Below, piece by piece: positions 1 through 12,480 of a stretch of 64,000 bases of DNA. Under the pieces are notes generated by a model that saw only the letters and a program-made list of their open reading frames with translations, was not told the origin of the DNA and made no database searches. This stretch comes from Phoronis australis (lineage: Eukaryota; Animalia; Phoronida): contig NMRA01000184.1 of NCBI GenBank assembly GCA_002633005.1, positions 691,407 through 755,406 on the forward strand, in the 5' to 3' direction. Position 1 is the first letter of the stretch. Each line of letters begins with the position of its first letter. The translations under genes and the position numbers were made by a program.

Positions 1-660
1 GCGTCCCCTGTTGTGTCTCCAAAACCTCTTAGAGGATCTTCATGAAAGTTGAAAGATGCGTTCCTTCGGAGATGACTTTCGGCTGGATCCGACTGCAGGT
101 GTGCCCCTTCTTGACAATGTTAATATTTTGTGGCTTTAACAGCTTTCGGAGTTCCTTGACAAAATGTAACGAAATTTAACAGCTACTGATCATTTTATTA
201 TTTACGAGGCTATTTCCGCTCGAAGGATTATTATGAATATGGGCAGTTGTGTTCCTGCCGAAAAGACCACATTTGACAGTGGTGTCCCCTAGTGACAATT
301 TTGTAATTTCGTCTGCTGAAGTATCTTCTCAACCCCTGGCAAGATTTATGTGAAATTTGGCAAATGTTTTTGTGTGAATGTGACGACTGAAGATTACGGT
401 TTTCGGACGAATTTGACCACCGCTGTTTTCCTGGTGACAATTTTAGTTTCATTACATTTACCCCAGTATCTCCAGAGATCCGGGACAGACTATCATGAAA
501 TTTGGCAAAGAGACTTTCTATTAAGGAGACGACGACACTTTTCCATCTTTGGACGGATTTGACGCATTCTGCCTCGGCATTTTTTATTTACGAGTACGTT
601 TTTCTACTGCGGAGCCCCCAATTTTTGCGTCCACAACTGTGTATCTCCGGATATCTCAAA
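1..660. repeat. Degenerate tandem-repeat array (~140-150 bp units), same family as 28345-29420 (Helentron/HINE-like); starts before the window
   Basis: Recurrent 'cc(t)agtgacaatttt...gaaatttgg...gatttgac' motifs (~288, ~432), also seen in 28500-29400. Confidence 0.5.
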
Positions 661-2522
661 CTTTATTCACAAAAATTGGTCGTTTTTACAATATTTCTCA
701 TAGGTCTAAGAAAAATACTTTATCTTCATTCTCAGGGAACTTCAAATGGGAAATATATACTGTGTAGCGAGAAAAAAGATTCAGCAGAACCACCTTGGAA
801 CCGCACAACCGCGTGGAAATTTGTTTAATACCATTTAGCCTAGGTCAAAGATTACAGGACTGCCTCTCAAATCGAATCTCCAGCCAAGCACAGAACGGTT
901 CTGTAATAACCCTAGCTCAGTCCTTTCATTCACCGAGTCGCCGTAATATTGAAACAACGAGGTGTGCATAGGATTGAAAGATACCGGGGAAATGTGTGTC
1001 TGCCTGCATACTATCGCTAAGAATGAATGACTTTATGTTCGCGAACACAGCAAGTTATAGAAAAATAAAAGTCCTTACTCCAAATTTTAATCTGATATTT
1101 TCCGTTACGACCTCAAGCTCTCAACGACTCGAGTTCTGATGTCCATTTCGTAATTGGTTTCATGTCATTCTCCCAGCCCATTCACAAAAGTAAAACGTTT
1201 TAGTGTTAATTGAGTTATTTACGAAATGCAAATTCATTTGACATTGCGAGCAAATGTAGACAAGATGAATATGGCTAAGACATGTATAGGTTGTATTGAC
1301 CAAGCACAAGTTTTCACCAAATGATTAAGCGAAAACCCCAAGGCATCCGATTTTTAAGACTCGCGAGGTTTTCCTCGACTTACTTTCAACTTAGGAACAC
1401 AAGTTTTCAAAAAGGCTGGGTGAATTTCACTGAAACTTTGCGGCTTTAATACTTATTCATCAATGTTAAAAATGCTGTTAGGATTTCCCTTTTAAATGCC
1501 TAGTTTTTGCGTACCGTAAGATAAACAACTACGACTGCCATTTTAAAAAATACCTTAAATTTTACAAGCTAATTTGACATAAAAACAAAGCTAAACGAGT
1601 AATCCAAAATTCCTAAAGCATTTTTGAGGTAACTTGTGAAATTTTCATTTAAAAAGGGCTTCAATAAAATCTACCAAAGGGTTAATTTGCTATGGATGGA
1701 CTTTTCTTAAAAATAAAATTTTGACTTTAAAAAGGTGTTAACGTAATAGTCTATAATAATAATAATAATGACACCTCAATATAAAGCATTAATCTGTGAT
1801 CTTTTCTTTCAGAAAATGTATACTTTTACTAGTTAACGTAGCCTGTGAGTGTGTTAGACTGATGCGGTCACTAAATAAGGTTTGAGATAACTTGAACCCC
1901 TAACACGATTTCTGTGAATTTAGTTAGCAAGTGTTTTTGTGAGAATTTAACAACGTTGAGATGACAAAGACTTGGAATTATCTGACTACCGCTTTGGCCA
2001 CTGATGAAAGTTTCAGGTTTTTACGCTTACCTCTTTATCTTCCGGAGTTCATGGACGGGTTTCGAGAAATTTGGCTCATAAGTTTTTATTAGGGAGACAA
2101 CAATATTCCCATTTTTGGACAGGTGTGACCATGGACTTGTCATAGAAGCCGCCGGTTCGACATACCCTTCGCCACCTAGTAGCGGCCATTTGCATGGGCG
2201 GCGCACCATAAGGGGCTGGGGGGCTGTAGCCCCCCACTTTTTTCATGAGTGCTATGCCGCACGTGGCCTATAGGCAGTGCACCACAAGGGGGGGGGCTGA
2301 GGGGCTTTAGCCCCTCCACTTTTTTCAGTGCTGCGGCGCCAATGATTTGTATGACGTCAATGAACACCTCTAGAAGGACACCGTTTGCGCCGCACTCGTG
2401 GGCGCACTTCAAATCTTTGCGTCGCTTTTGAGTCTTACTTTAAACTTTTGACCATTTTTGAGCCGTCGAACAAATACCGGTATATTTGCTCGTAAGCATG
2501 TACGTACGTGCGCACGTATGTT

Positions 2523-2524
2523 TG

Positions 2525-2561
<37 letters not shown>

Positions 2562-2565
2562 ATAT
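2523..2565. repeat. (TATATG)n microsatellite
   Basis: Directly visible; explains the MYMYMY/VYVYVY ORFs. Confidence 0.9.
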
Positions 2566-2779
2566 CCAGAGAAGTGCTGCCAAAAATCTATATCTCACAA
2601 GCTTGCAGAAGTGGCTGGACAGACCGACGCAGCCCGAAGGTTGCGTCGAGTGAAATGGGCACTATTTTAATTCTCGGCAAATGTTTTCCACAATCGCCTA
2701 TTTTATAAGCATTTCTGCACGATCAGCCAGAGATGTCAACAATCTTTAACGACAGTTTGCACCCTCGGTTTTCGTTGAT

Positions 2780-2887
2780 GTCACGTGACTTCGACTGACG
2801 TTGCGATGACGCATGACCACTTCATTTATAAACACCGTCACGTTTCTGTTTGGGGAGATAACGTGATCGGACACACTAGCGGTGAGT
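2780..2887 (+). promoter_or_regulatory. Possible promoter and short non-coding first exon
   Basis: GTCACGTGAC E-box at 2780, TGACG half-sites, TTTATAAA at 2825, strong donor G|GTGAGT at 2882. Downstream gene not established. Confidence 0.3.
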
Positions 2888-5800
2888 CGCAATTTCTTCG
2901 TGTATTTCAAAAGTTGTTTCTGTTTACCAAAAATTCTTGAAGTCAGTGAGTGAAATGTTAAAACTTCCTGACATCGGGTAGGGAGGTCAACTCATTGGTG
3001 CACAGAATAACTATTCAATAGGCTAAGCTTTGAAGATTTAAAATGGATTTAAAATTAATTGCCTTCAAGACGTTGCTCACAACGACGCATATCGATGCGA
3101 TGTTGATTTTTATTTCATTTGCTAAGCACAACCTTGGTATCTTCAGTTTAAACAAAATGTTAAATTCCCTTTAGGCATACGAACTTTATTAACAGGAAAA
3201 TGTGTCTTATTTACTAATTCGGCTTTTGTTTAGGTCAAAACGACAATATTCCGCTTAGTGCAGGCTAGTGTTCGCTTACCCAGTTAATGTCCGGTCTTTC
3301 AGTTAACATTAACTATAAAGGACTTAATGCTGTAGTGGGGCGTAGGCGCACGAAGGCGCAGCCAACCTCCTTTTGGTATTTAAACGTAGCGCCTACGCAC
3401 CGTAAGTTACGTTCAGTGCTCAAGGTGGTACGGCGAGCTTTGAGCGCCTACTTACCTCTTATTTTACCACTACAGCACTGGAAGAACTGCTTTTCACATC
3501 GTGCCAGTACTCGCTATTCGGTTTGTTCGGCATAACTCATAACCGCGTTCTTTTCCCACGAAACTATCGTAATTCGGGCAGATAACCCGTCAACTCAAAT
3601 CCGCCTTTCATGCACTAAGTCAAGTCTGTGATTTTTAGGTCATGTTTGCTTTCCGCTGATTGTTGCCTTCCAACAAGAAGCCCGAGTTCACGAACTTCGG
3701 TTATACTGTACACAGTTTTGTGTGTTCTAAACTGATTGTACTGAAGATATGTGAAGTTGATTTTTTCACTGTCTCTCATTTTGAATCCAATTACTGTACA
3801 ACATATGTGACAAGACTTTCTTTTGTGCAGTGAAGAAGGTGCCAAATCTGTACTTTTACCATGCATGTTTTCTCAAAGAACACCAAACTTGTCTATTTGG
3901 CCACGACAATTCATTCACAAATTTGAATGAACACAATTCATTCGGTTGTAAATTTTGACAATTTCGCGCAAGTCCTCTACAAGTCTACCCTTTACTCGCA
4001 CTGATTCCTATCGGCTACGCCTTCACAACATTTTATTAAAGGCGAATGCATTTGGACCCTGTCGTCAGACAGAAGAATCCCGTGCATTCACATTTCTCAC
4101 CTTCCAATCAAACATGTGGAAAATTCTGTTTTGCTGGTATCTAGCGTTTTCGGAACGCACCAGAGAACCGCATCGAATGTCTTTAACTTACCAAAATGAC
4201 GAAAATTCAAACGTTGGAAAGCACAGAATTTTTTGCCAAATTACATAGGCTTTATTTATCAGCTTGAGTGGGTGACGTTCATTGTGTGGACTACAATTCC
4301 TGAATGATTGTTCTTATATAATTTACGCCCGCTTTAAATGGAATTAATCCTCTTTTTCCTACATAATCTCGATAACTGGGTGTCCAATGTTCCCGGTTAG
4401 TATTATTGAGTTCCTGGGTTCGATTCTTGGTTGGGACAAGCGATTTTTAAGCTGACAAATAAAGCCTATGTAGTTTGGCGAAAAAAATAAGGTGATAGAC
4501 TGAGTTTTCGCCAGGTTTACTGTATGGTCTACCATTCCCGAGTGGCTGAACGCAGCAAGTATGCCAGGAACTGAGTAAAATGCATCGCATGTTCTCGAAA
4601 TGGTTTCGATAACTCTGTGCTCAGAATGTCCGGTTAGTATTCGGGAGATCGTGGGTGCGATTACTACCGGGCAATAGGCGATTTTTTTTTCAAAACTGGC
4701 GAATGAACCCTATGCAATTAGGTAAAAAATACTGGGCTTTCGAAAACGAACTTTCGTCATTCAGTACTTTGTCATTCCAGTAACCTGTAGTTACCCATCG
4801 CCATCGGGCATTGTTTACTGTACTATTCGTATCTTCTAAATTTTGAAGGCATAATCTAATTGATTCCGGTCTATACCTTTGTGTAGATGCAAGACACGAG
4901 TGAGAAAACCTAATGTGATCACGTACTTCGCTTGTACTGCATGAGAATATCTTGGGAAGGCTTGCGTAATCTTGCAGTTTTACGAGTTTCATTGGTTTGC
5001 GGAACGAAGCACGGGATTTCCAAGTGATTTGATTGTAACACTTACTGTTTTCTCTTCGCTTTCACCACCAGCGGATTATCCAAAGAGCAAAAAATACAAA
5101 TTCTGTGTCATTTTTAAAGGAAGTACTAGAGAACAAATAGAGATGTGTAATTGTGCAGACCCAAATTGTCGCAACATTTCACATTCAATTTGTTCAAATC
5201 GTCAAAGTTTGGGTCAGCTCCAAATTTAATGTCACCATTTGCCCCAATTGTCACAACGATTTTTTGTGACAATTTGGGCCTGCACAGTGCAGGTATGAGA
5301 TTTTTCTAAGAGACAGCGCAGCGTCTAAACCCAGTCCTTGTTTATTGAGTGCCGAGAACACTGGTGAACGGGGAAACGTGGCGAGTTTAAGTGTGCAAAT
5401 CCTTGTTTTTAGCGTTTCAAATTGGTTTTGAATTATGCAGATTGTGCGAATTTTCACAAAGTTTCGAATTTTTCAATAAACAATTCTAGTTTCGATCGAC
5501 AAAATTAATTCTGACAAAAGTTGGCGGTGTTACGGCCGCGACTAACTTCATTACTAAAAGTGATGCATGAACGTTATTTGCCAGGATACGATAAACATAA
5601 AACGAATGCGGTAAGTTGTGGTCTGAATGTCTCCTGTAGAGGTCACATCCTACTTATTCAAGAATTTATAATAATGTTATATTCCACTGGTGATCGCGTG
5701 TTGTATAAACACACATATTGCACAAGTCATAGTTCATTAACTGACACAGGAGTGGGCAATGGAGGAGGTGTAAGGACCCGGGAAGTGGCAGCGTGAAGAC

Positions 5801-8800
5801 TGAAATGTTGCTGAATCGAGTTCCCGCTTGTGTAAATATCGGTTCTTTCCAAGCCGCAAGTCAAAACCGCGCACATGAAGTTATAAATCTTACTTAATTC
5901 TGCTTTGATAGAACTGCACAATCTTCATTTCTTAAAGTACGCAAACAAAAGTTCTGCGCTAGTCAAACTGTCATATCCGTAATTTGGGAATTTATTGTAA
6001 ACCGAGTAAAGCGAAAATCCGCAAAAGGGTTCTAGGCGCCGGCTGTTTTAGAAATTTCCAGCAGTAAATTGGTGGGAGCGAAAATACCACAGCCAAGACT
6101 ATCGCAGACGGAGAGTGACGAACTACCTGCCTCATGTGAATGATAGCAGAGATGGCAGCTCAAGTCCACGCGTGAGAACATCGATAATTATCCGCTGGCT
6201 CATGCAATTGTTCTTGCCTTGAAATGAGCTAACTGTCAACTCCGCTTTTGATCACTGGAGACAAACAACCGAGCTTCTACGTAGCTCTCCGTCTGTGGAG
6301 GCCCTTAATGTGAGACAAGTTTCAGTTATAAACTAACTCGTTCAAGCAGAGAGTTTCTAATTTAGACCACTGGTCTCAACTTGTTCCTCGCTTAGACGAG
6401 GACATGTACACTCGGCGCATAAAATGTTACGTCGTGACAAGTCAACTTCGAAAGCTTTGTTTCAAGCAACAATGAACTGCCAGTCTAACGAGGAATAACA
6501 CAACGAACGCAGAAATATTCATGATAGTTATAACATATTCCAAAGTCCAACGATTCGGTTCAGTCTTGAAAAATCTTGAAGGTTACAATATAATCTCAAA
6601 CAAGAAATATTACAACCTTAAAAGTAACTTTGCGTTGTCCTGTTATTCCTCATTAAATTATGACCAACACGTAACCTTATTGAACTGTCATTTCCGCTTT
6701 TGAAGCCCGAAAACCACCTCCAAATTTGACTTTGAAACAATTTCAGACTAGTTTCATAACCAAGTGGTCTAAATCGAAAGTTGCTTTTGTGATGGAAGGT
6801 GAGTTTGTACTTGCTGTAACAAAGTGTATCGTTGATAGGACGTGTTTATCAAAAAACGTTGACAGTTGTGACAAAAAGGCGAAATATACTTAGCAGGTGT
6901 CACTGATTTTTTCGCCTGCGGTTTCTTGACTCGGGGATTTCGCGCGGGGAATTTTTATCCTCTGTATTCTGACAGATTTGACCAATCTATCCTAAATACA
7001 CCAACGCCTGAACAAACTGTTAAGCAAACAATTCCATTCCGGTTAGTGGTATGAGAAGGTGCGATAACCCTCGACCTGCGCTGTAGCGGCTAATATTGAC
7101 AATGCTATGGCGAACTAATGAAGACCAGTTGGTGCCTCGATCCTGGCAGTTTCGCAAGCTGAACCGAATTGTTATTTAATACACGAATTTGTTTATTGTG
7201 AACTTTGTTATGGGGTGTTGCCAAACAAGTATAACTGGATGAAACCAGTACTACCATGTTCCGTTCCGCCAAATCAAATTTCACATTTTAGTCGGAAGTT
7301 TAACTTGACATCTCAACGCTGCTTCAATGTTTTTATTGATACAAATTTCGTGCGCGCTTACAAAGCTGACTGTCTGACTAAGTTCACATCATACAAAAAG
7401 TCCGCAATTTTACGAACTCCTTGATCAACGTTCTTCAATTTCTAAACAGAGAAAACTTGCCTTCTGTTCGTTGAAGTCAACAACAACCATTGCATTATGT
7501 CCCAAACAATGAAATGGGTCTTTTGAACGCAAGATCCTGTACGAATTAGTAGTAGACCAACAAAACAAGATTACATAATCTTTTTATGTGCACGAAGGAA
7601 ATACCGAAACGTTGGTAATTACATGATAGCATTCTTCTCAAAATAGTGGTAAAAGGCAAATCCAAGTGTAGAAGTGTGTCACGTAACTTAGCAACATATT
7701 TGATCGTTTTAAGGAAAAGGGTCTCTCCTTAAAGTATCCACATCAACTTTCACAATTCACAACCCCAACAACATAATATGATCGCTCAGATGAGGAAATG
7801 CTGCGAGGTAATTGTGAATGGAAATTGACGCCCTTTAATGAATGACGCATTGTTTTGTGATGGTGTTTGAGCTAAAATAGTACAAGCATTGGAAATGTGG
7901 AAACCGAAGTATTAATTTTAAGAGGATTAAATCAGAGCTGACATTTCAGTAACCCGTGTAACTTTTCCATTTTCGCCTGAGGCGCCTCTTTTTAGGCAGC
8001 ACTAGCGAAAAAGCTAATTCAGTGACTCCACAATTTTATATTAGGCAAAGATCAAAATAAAAACAAAGAAAATTTGGAGAAAATCAACAATAAGTTAAAA
8101 TTGCGTAGAACCTCTTTAATCGATTAATGCATGAAAGAAGTGCCTGTTGCTAAGTTGCCAGGCCACTTTGTTCAACAGGCCACATTTGATATGTTTGTGT
8201 AGCTTTTTATACAAAAAGAATCTCGCATGTTTATTTAAGCAGTGAGGTGCTGGTTTCAACATTAGTCGGGCGCAGACCAGAAACAACTATGCTATTATTT
8301 TTGCCCTTGCATGAAGTTTTCAGAGTTTACTGCAATTAATAACCATTACTCTGTTTATATGGCGGGTTGCTTTGAAACTTCATCCTGTTCACAAGCACCA
8401 GTTACGTGTCATTTGGCGATCACACAGAGCTTCACGGAAGTTGCAACTTACGATAACAACACATTATATTCGGGGCTCTAAACCCTGAGTGCTAATCTAA
8501 CTGTGCTGCGACTGAATGCGCGACCAACGGCAAAGGACTGTCCAAAAAGTTTCGAAACTTGAAACGTTCGCGAGGTGCGCACTTTTTCCTCGTGAGTGTT
8601 GCTGCAACAACTTGCAAAATCTTTCAAGTGAATCTTCCTCGCAAATGTGTCTCAAACACGTCTCCAACCTTCTCAGTTTAGTTTCTTAGACACAGAAAGT
8701 TCCGAGAACATGGAAGGCAACTTCGCGATGTACAAAATTAACTTGGTACTGATATTGAAGACAAAGTGAGAATCTGTTGCACCACAAAAATAGTATTTAT

Positions 8801-9902
8801 TATCGCGTGAGTGTAGCACGACATGGTATGCTATCCCCAACGAACTTAGCCTTTGTTTCGAAAGACTGTCATGATTAAATTATATTTTTTAAACACTGTA
8901 GCAGATTCCAACAAGCTTCCGTGGAGTTGTAATTAAGGTATTAGCAAGTCATACCCGCGACCTGGGTTGAATTCCGTGAACGAAAGAATCTCACTGAGGA
9001 AGCTATTTTTTTCGCGTGCTCTAATTGTAATACATGACAACTTGTCGCATTGCATTTTCCGATATTCTCATTTTTATGAAACGTACGCCTTGATACTAGC
9101 AAAATAGACAGCGTTCGGTGGGCAAAACAACCCCACTGAATAAGCAAAAGTAAAAACCAAGTGTTGCGCGATTCCTCACGAGCATAACCCATGAAATGGC
9201 GGCCTCACTCAGGAGATTGAAATATTGAATAATTGGATGGAATTATAAATTTAGGATAGAATTAACGGTTTCCGTTCCATAAGCGAAAGTTGTCACCGCA
9301 AGTGCGTGGCTAATAGCTTGGGTCTACGGAACACAGCCCTGGACTCGTGTTTTGACGACAACATGACGCATTTGGTTTAATCACAACCTGAAACATCAAA
9401 TGCATTTTTACTGGCCAAGTATACGGTTGTGTTTTTGAAGGCTAAGGGTATATTTCAGCTTAACAAATAGCGACGTTTATAGCGTGTCGATTCTACTAGG
9501 AGCCAATCACGTTCTACAACACACGATTTGCATTATATTTTGAAAGTTTATTGGAGATGCGCTACTTGTTTTTTCAATTATTTTGTGAAAATTGCTAAGC
9601 CTATCCAAAGATTCAACGGTCAGCGACTAAACATCAGAGAATTACTAGCGAAGTCAAAAAATCTGGTCTCCCACAGAGGGCGACTGCATGGCTTAGCAGT
9701 AGGCAGCACAGGCGCACGACAATATTTCAGGTTCAAAGCAAATAGCGGCCTTATAAAGTAGGAACAATGATAGCATGGCTTTCATCCCACTGGCAGTTTT
9801 AGCTCGCATTGGCAACTTCTAACGCATTCCGCATCGTAGACGCGTAGCATTGCATATTCCCGGCTGGGCCACGATGTCGCTACATGTCACTATAATAAAA
9901 AA

Positions 9903-9933
9903 TTACTTACTTACTTACTTACTTACTTACTTT
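9903..9933. repeat. (TTAC)n microsatellite
   Basis: Directly visible. Confidence 0.85.
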
Positions 9934-10103
9934 ACAAGTGCTAGTATTCACAATGCAACTACAGACGTATGAACACGTCTCAATTCTTAACTTGACAATA
10001 TTGAATTCAACTGTACCTTTATCTTACATTTTGCAAATGAAACACATGTTTCTATTTTCAGACGCTACTTTTCCTGACCCAGCCATAGTCTACAGGCAGA
10101 GAA

Positions 10104-10227
10104 ATGAAGTTGGCCGTTGCTCTTGCAGTTTTCGTTGCGTTTGTCATCTGCATCGAAGCCACACGTCGTGGCGGAAGACGTCCCAACTTTCCTTCATGCG
10201 TTGAGTCAGCTAGCGCCTGCAACGAAA
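10104..10227 (+). CDS. Secreted Cys-rich prokineticin/astakine/colipase-fold-like peptide, coding exon 1
   Basis: Acceptor ttttcag ends 10061; ATG 10104 gives MKLAVALAVFVAFVICIEA|TRRGGRRPNFPSCVESASACNE; phase-1 GC donor A|GCAAGT at 10228. Confidence 0.8.
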
Positions 10228-10492
10228 GCAAGTAGATTTCCGGTTTTCCCTTTTCAAATAGGTTCGAGCACTTGGGGAATACGTACTTGTCGTTGAAACG
10301 AAATACTGAATCAAACCATCTTCAGAGTAGTTTGTTGATGTCATCATTACACTTCACGTGCTCATTAACATACTCATTACGTAGGCCTAGCTATGTTCCA
10401 AGTCACTTCATGTAAAACAGGGCACCTATTTAATTGGTCACTACATCTTGCTTAGTTTCCTCTTGCTATGTATGAGCACTTTTGTCTTCCAG

Positions 10493-10603
10493 ATTCGTGT
10501 TGTGTTCCGATTCCAGAACGCTATCAGAGCATCATAGGTTACGCCAAAGCCTGCTTGCCAAAGACAGAGCGTCGTTGTGCCGACTCTTGTCAATGTCCCG
10601 AAG
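10493..10603 (+). CDS. Same peptide, coding exon 2
   Basis: Acceptor tttgtcttccag; encodes (N)SCCVPIPERYQSIIGYAKACLPKTERRCADSCQCPE(G); donor AG|GTATTG at 10604. Confidence 0.8.
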
Positions 10604-10802
10604 GTATTGTGTCCAAGGGAGTGGCTGATGCATGTAGCTATTCTTAAGAATAGGTGGAACGTTTTTAGTCATTTTTTATATGCGCGTGCATGTAATGAGG
10701 CCTATCTACCTACATATGACTACCTGAATTAAGTTACTAACAGCTATATCCGGAATTAGGAGCATGCATAACTTTAGCAAAAACAAAGGAGTAACCTTGT
10801 AC

Positions 10803-10848
10803 GCTCGCGCGCGCGCACACACGCACACACACACAAACACTCACGCAC
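10803..10848. repeat. (CG)n/(CA)n alternating purine-pyrimidine tract
   Basis: gcgcgcgcgcacacacgcacacacacac; a similar tract lies at 44571-44612. Confidence 0.8.
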
Positions 10849-12331
10849 AGGGGCGTCCTGCGTCTGCCTCTCCATTTTATTGGCCGCTTGATGGAATTTT
10901 CTTGAAATTTTACACTTTGCAGTCATGATGTTTATAACATGGAGTGAGCGCACTGGTACGTTTACTAATCTGCACCAGCTCTCACCCTCCGGGACAATTT
11001 TAGTTTTTCGCTTCAACTTCTATAAGTACTTAGTTCATTGATTGATTTCTTCATTGACTGATTTTCCTGAAATTTGACAAATGTGTTTTTATCCAGGAGG
11101 TGATGACACCGGTCCGTTTTCGACGACTCCGACGTGTTGTGCAGTGTTATTATTTTATGTCTACTTAAATAATTATTTCGCTATGGTCGACAGTACAAGT
11201 TTCGGAAAGAGTCTCATCACTTTTTCAGAAAAAACACTGGTAGCGTTTTGTTTTTCCAAGAGCCACCAAAAGGTTACTTTCGGAAATCACCGTATCTTTA
11301 CTATCATGACATTACTAAATGGGTCAAGTGGCAAATCAACGATTTGTGACTATTTTCCGAAAGTAATTGCAGAATTACTGCTTGCCTGAGAAAATGATTT
11401 ATGCGTTAGAAAGAGCTCCCCTTTGTTAACAGGGTGTAGTCAATTTCTTTTTTCTCATGTCGCACATTAATGGCGTAATCGTGGTTTGAAAATGTTGTCG
11501 CTATTAAAAATTTCCAAACTCACACATGATGTATAAATGGTGCTGAAATCAAATATATTCTCATGTACGCTTCAGCAACTGGGAGTCTTCGACGAATATA
11601 CCGTCCTTCTTTCATGGGGCTTGTAGGTGGCGCTGAACACCTGTCCACCAAAGACCTGTTCGCCGTCTGGCGACAGTAAATAGCGGTAGACATAAAAATT
11701 TGACGCTATCGGAAATGCCTAAGAAACGGTGTCTTTTTGGTGGTAAACCACGTCATATTTATTGCACGTTAATATTAAATTGAAGACATTTTTACATGCA
11801 GATATTCCAAGCCTCACTGCGCCAATAGGCGATTTAAAATTCAGCTTTTTGTCTACTTTAATGAAGTGTTTCGCTAATTGAGGATATTGGCCCATGGCCT
11901 ACTACCAATACTACTTTTAGCACTGCTACTAGTAGTACTACTTCTCGAAGTACTACTTTTAAGCACTAGTGACAACATTTATCAATGTCAATCATAATCG
12001 TAACAACACGGTAAAGGAATATTGTATAGGCACTTTAAATAACAAACGTTTCACTTTGGTTTGGTCTTACAGGAGACAAACGCGGCTATTTCCCGAGCCC
12101 TCTACCGTAGGGGCTCTTTTAGTGTGAAAGGACATAAAACTTCGACCAACAAAAAAGTACTTATTACTTCTTTCATCCCATTCTAGCCTGCTGGAGCTCC
12201 CTCGTTCAAACATCATTTCTTACGTTTGTGTATTATTTAAGGCGTACTGCATTTGACGACTCCCATTGTTTGCAAGTCATCAAACTAGTGAAATGGACCT
12301 TTGAAGGAATTTATGGTGTTCGTGATTTCAG

Positions 12332-12480
12332 GTAAATTCTGTTGGATGAAGGAAGGACGCCGTGGCGGGAGGAGACGCGGACATGGTGCCGCCAGACGTC
12401 CCAGACAGTTCCCTGGTAAATGCAAGTTGCCAGGACAAGAAAGAGGTTCGGGCTCTTGGCTCGGACAGGCACCGGAGTAA
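12332..12480 (+). CDS. Same peptide, terminal coding exon 3
   Basis: Acceptor gatttcag; (G)KFCWMKEGRRGGRRRGHGAARRPRQFPGKCKLPGQERGSGSWLGQAPE*; completes 10 Cys; total CDS 384 nt in frame; ATTAAA at 12561. Confidence 0.75.

Noticed and set aside
2205-2330. G-rich duplicated motifs as functional G-quadruplex/regulatory sites (also ~42217, 44627, 47509, 53238)
   Set aside because: They resemble common MITE termini (CAGTGGCGGATC-type); no further support.
11097-12110. Alternative exons for the peptide gene (acceptors at 11096, 11575, 12072)
   Set aside because: Their translations do not complete the Cys pattern and lack convincing donors; the exon at 12332 does complete it.
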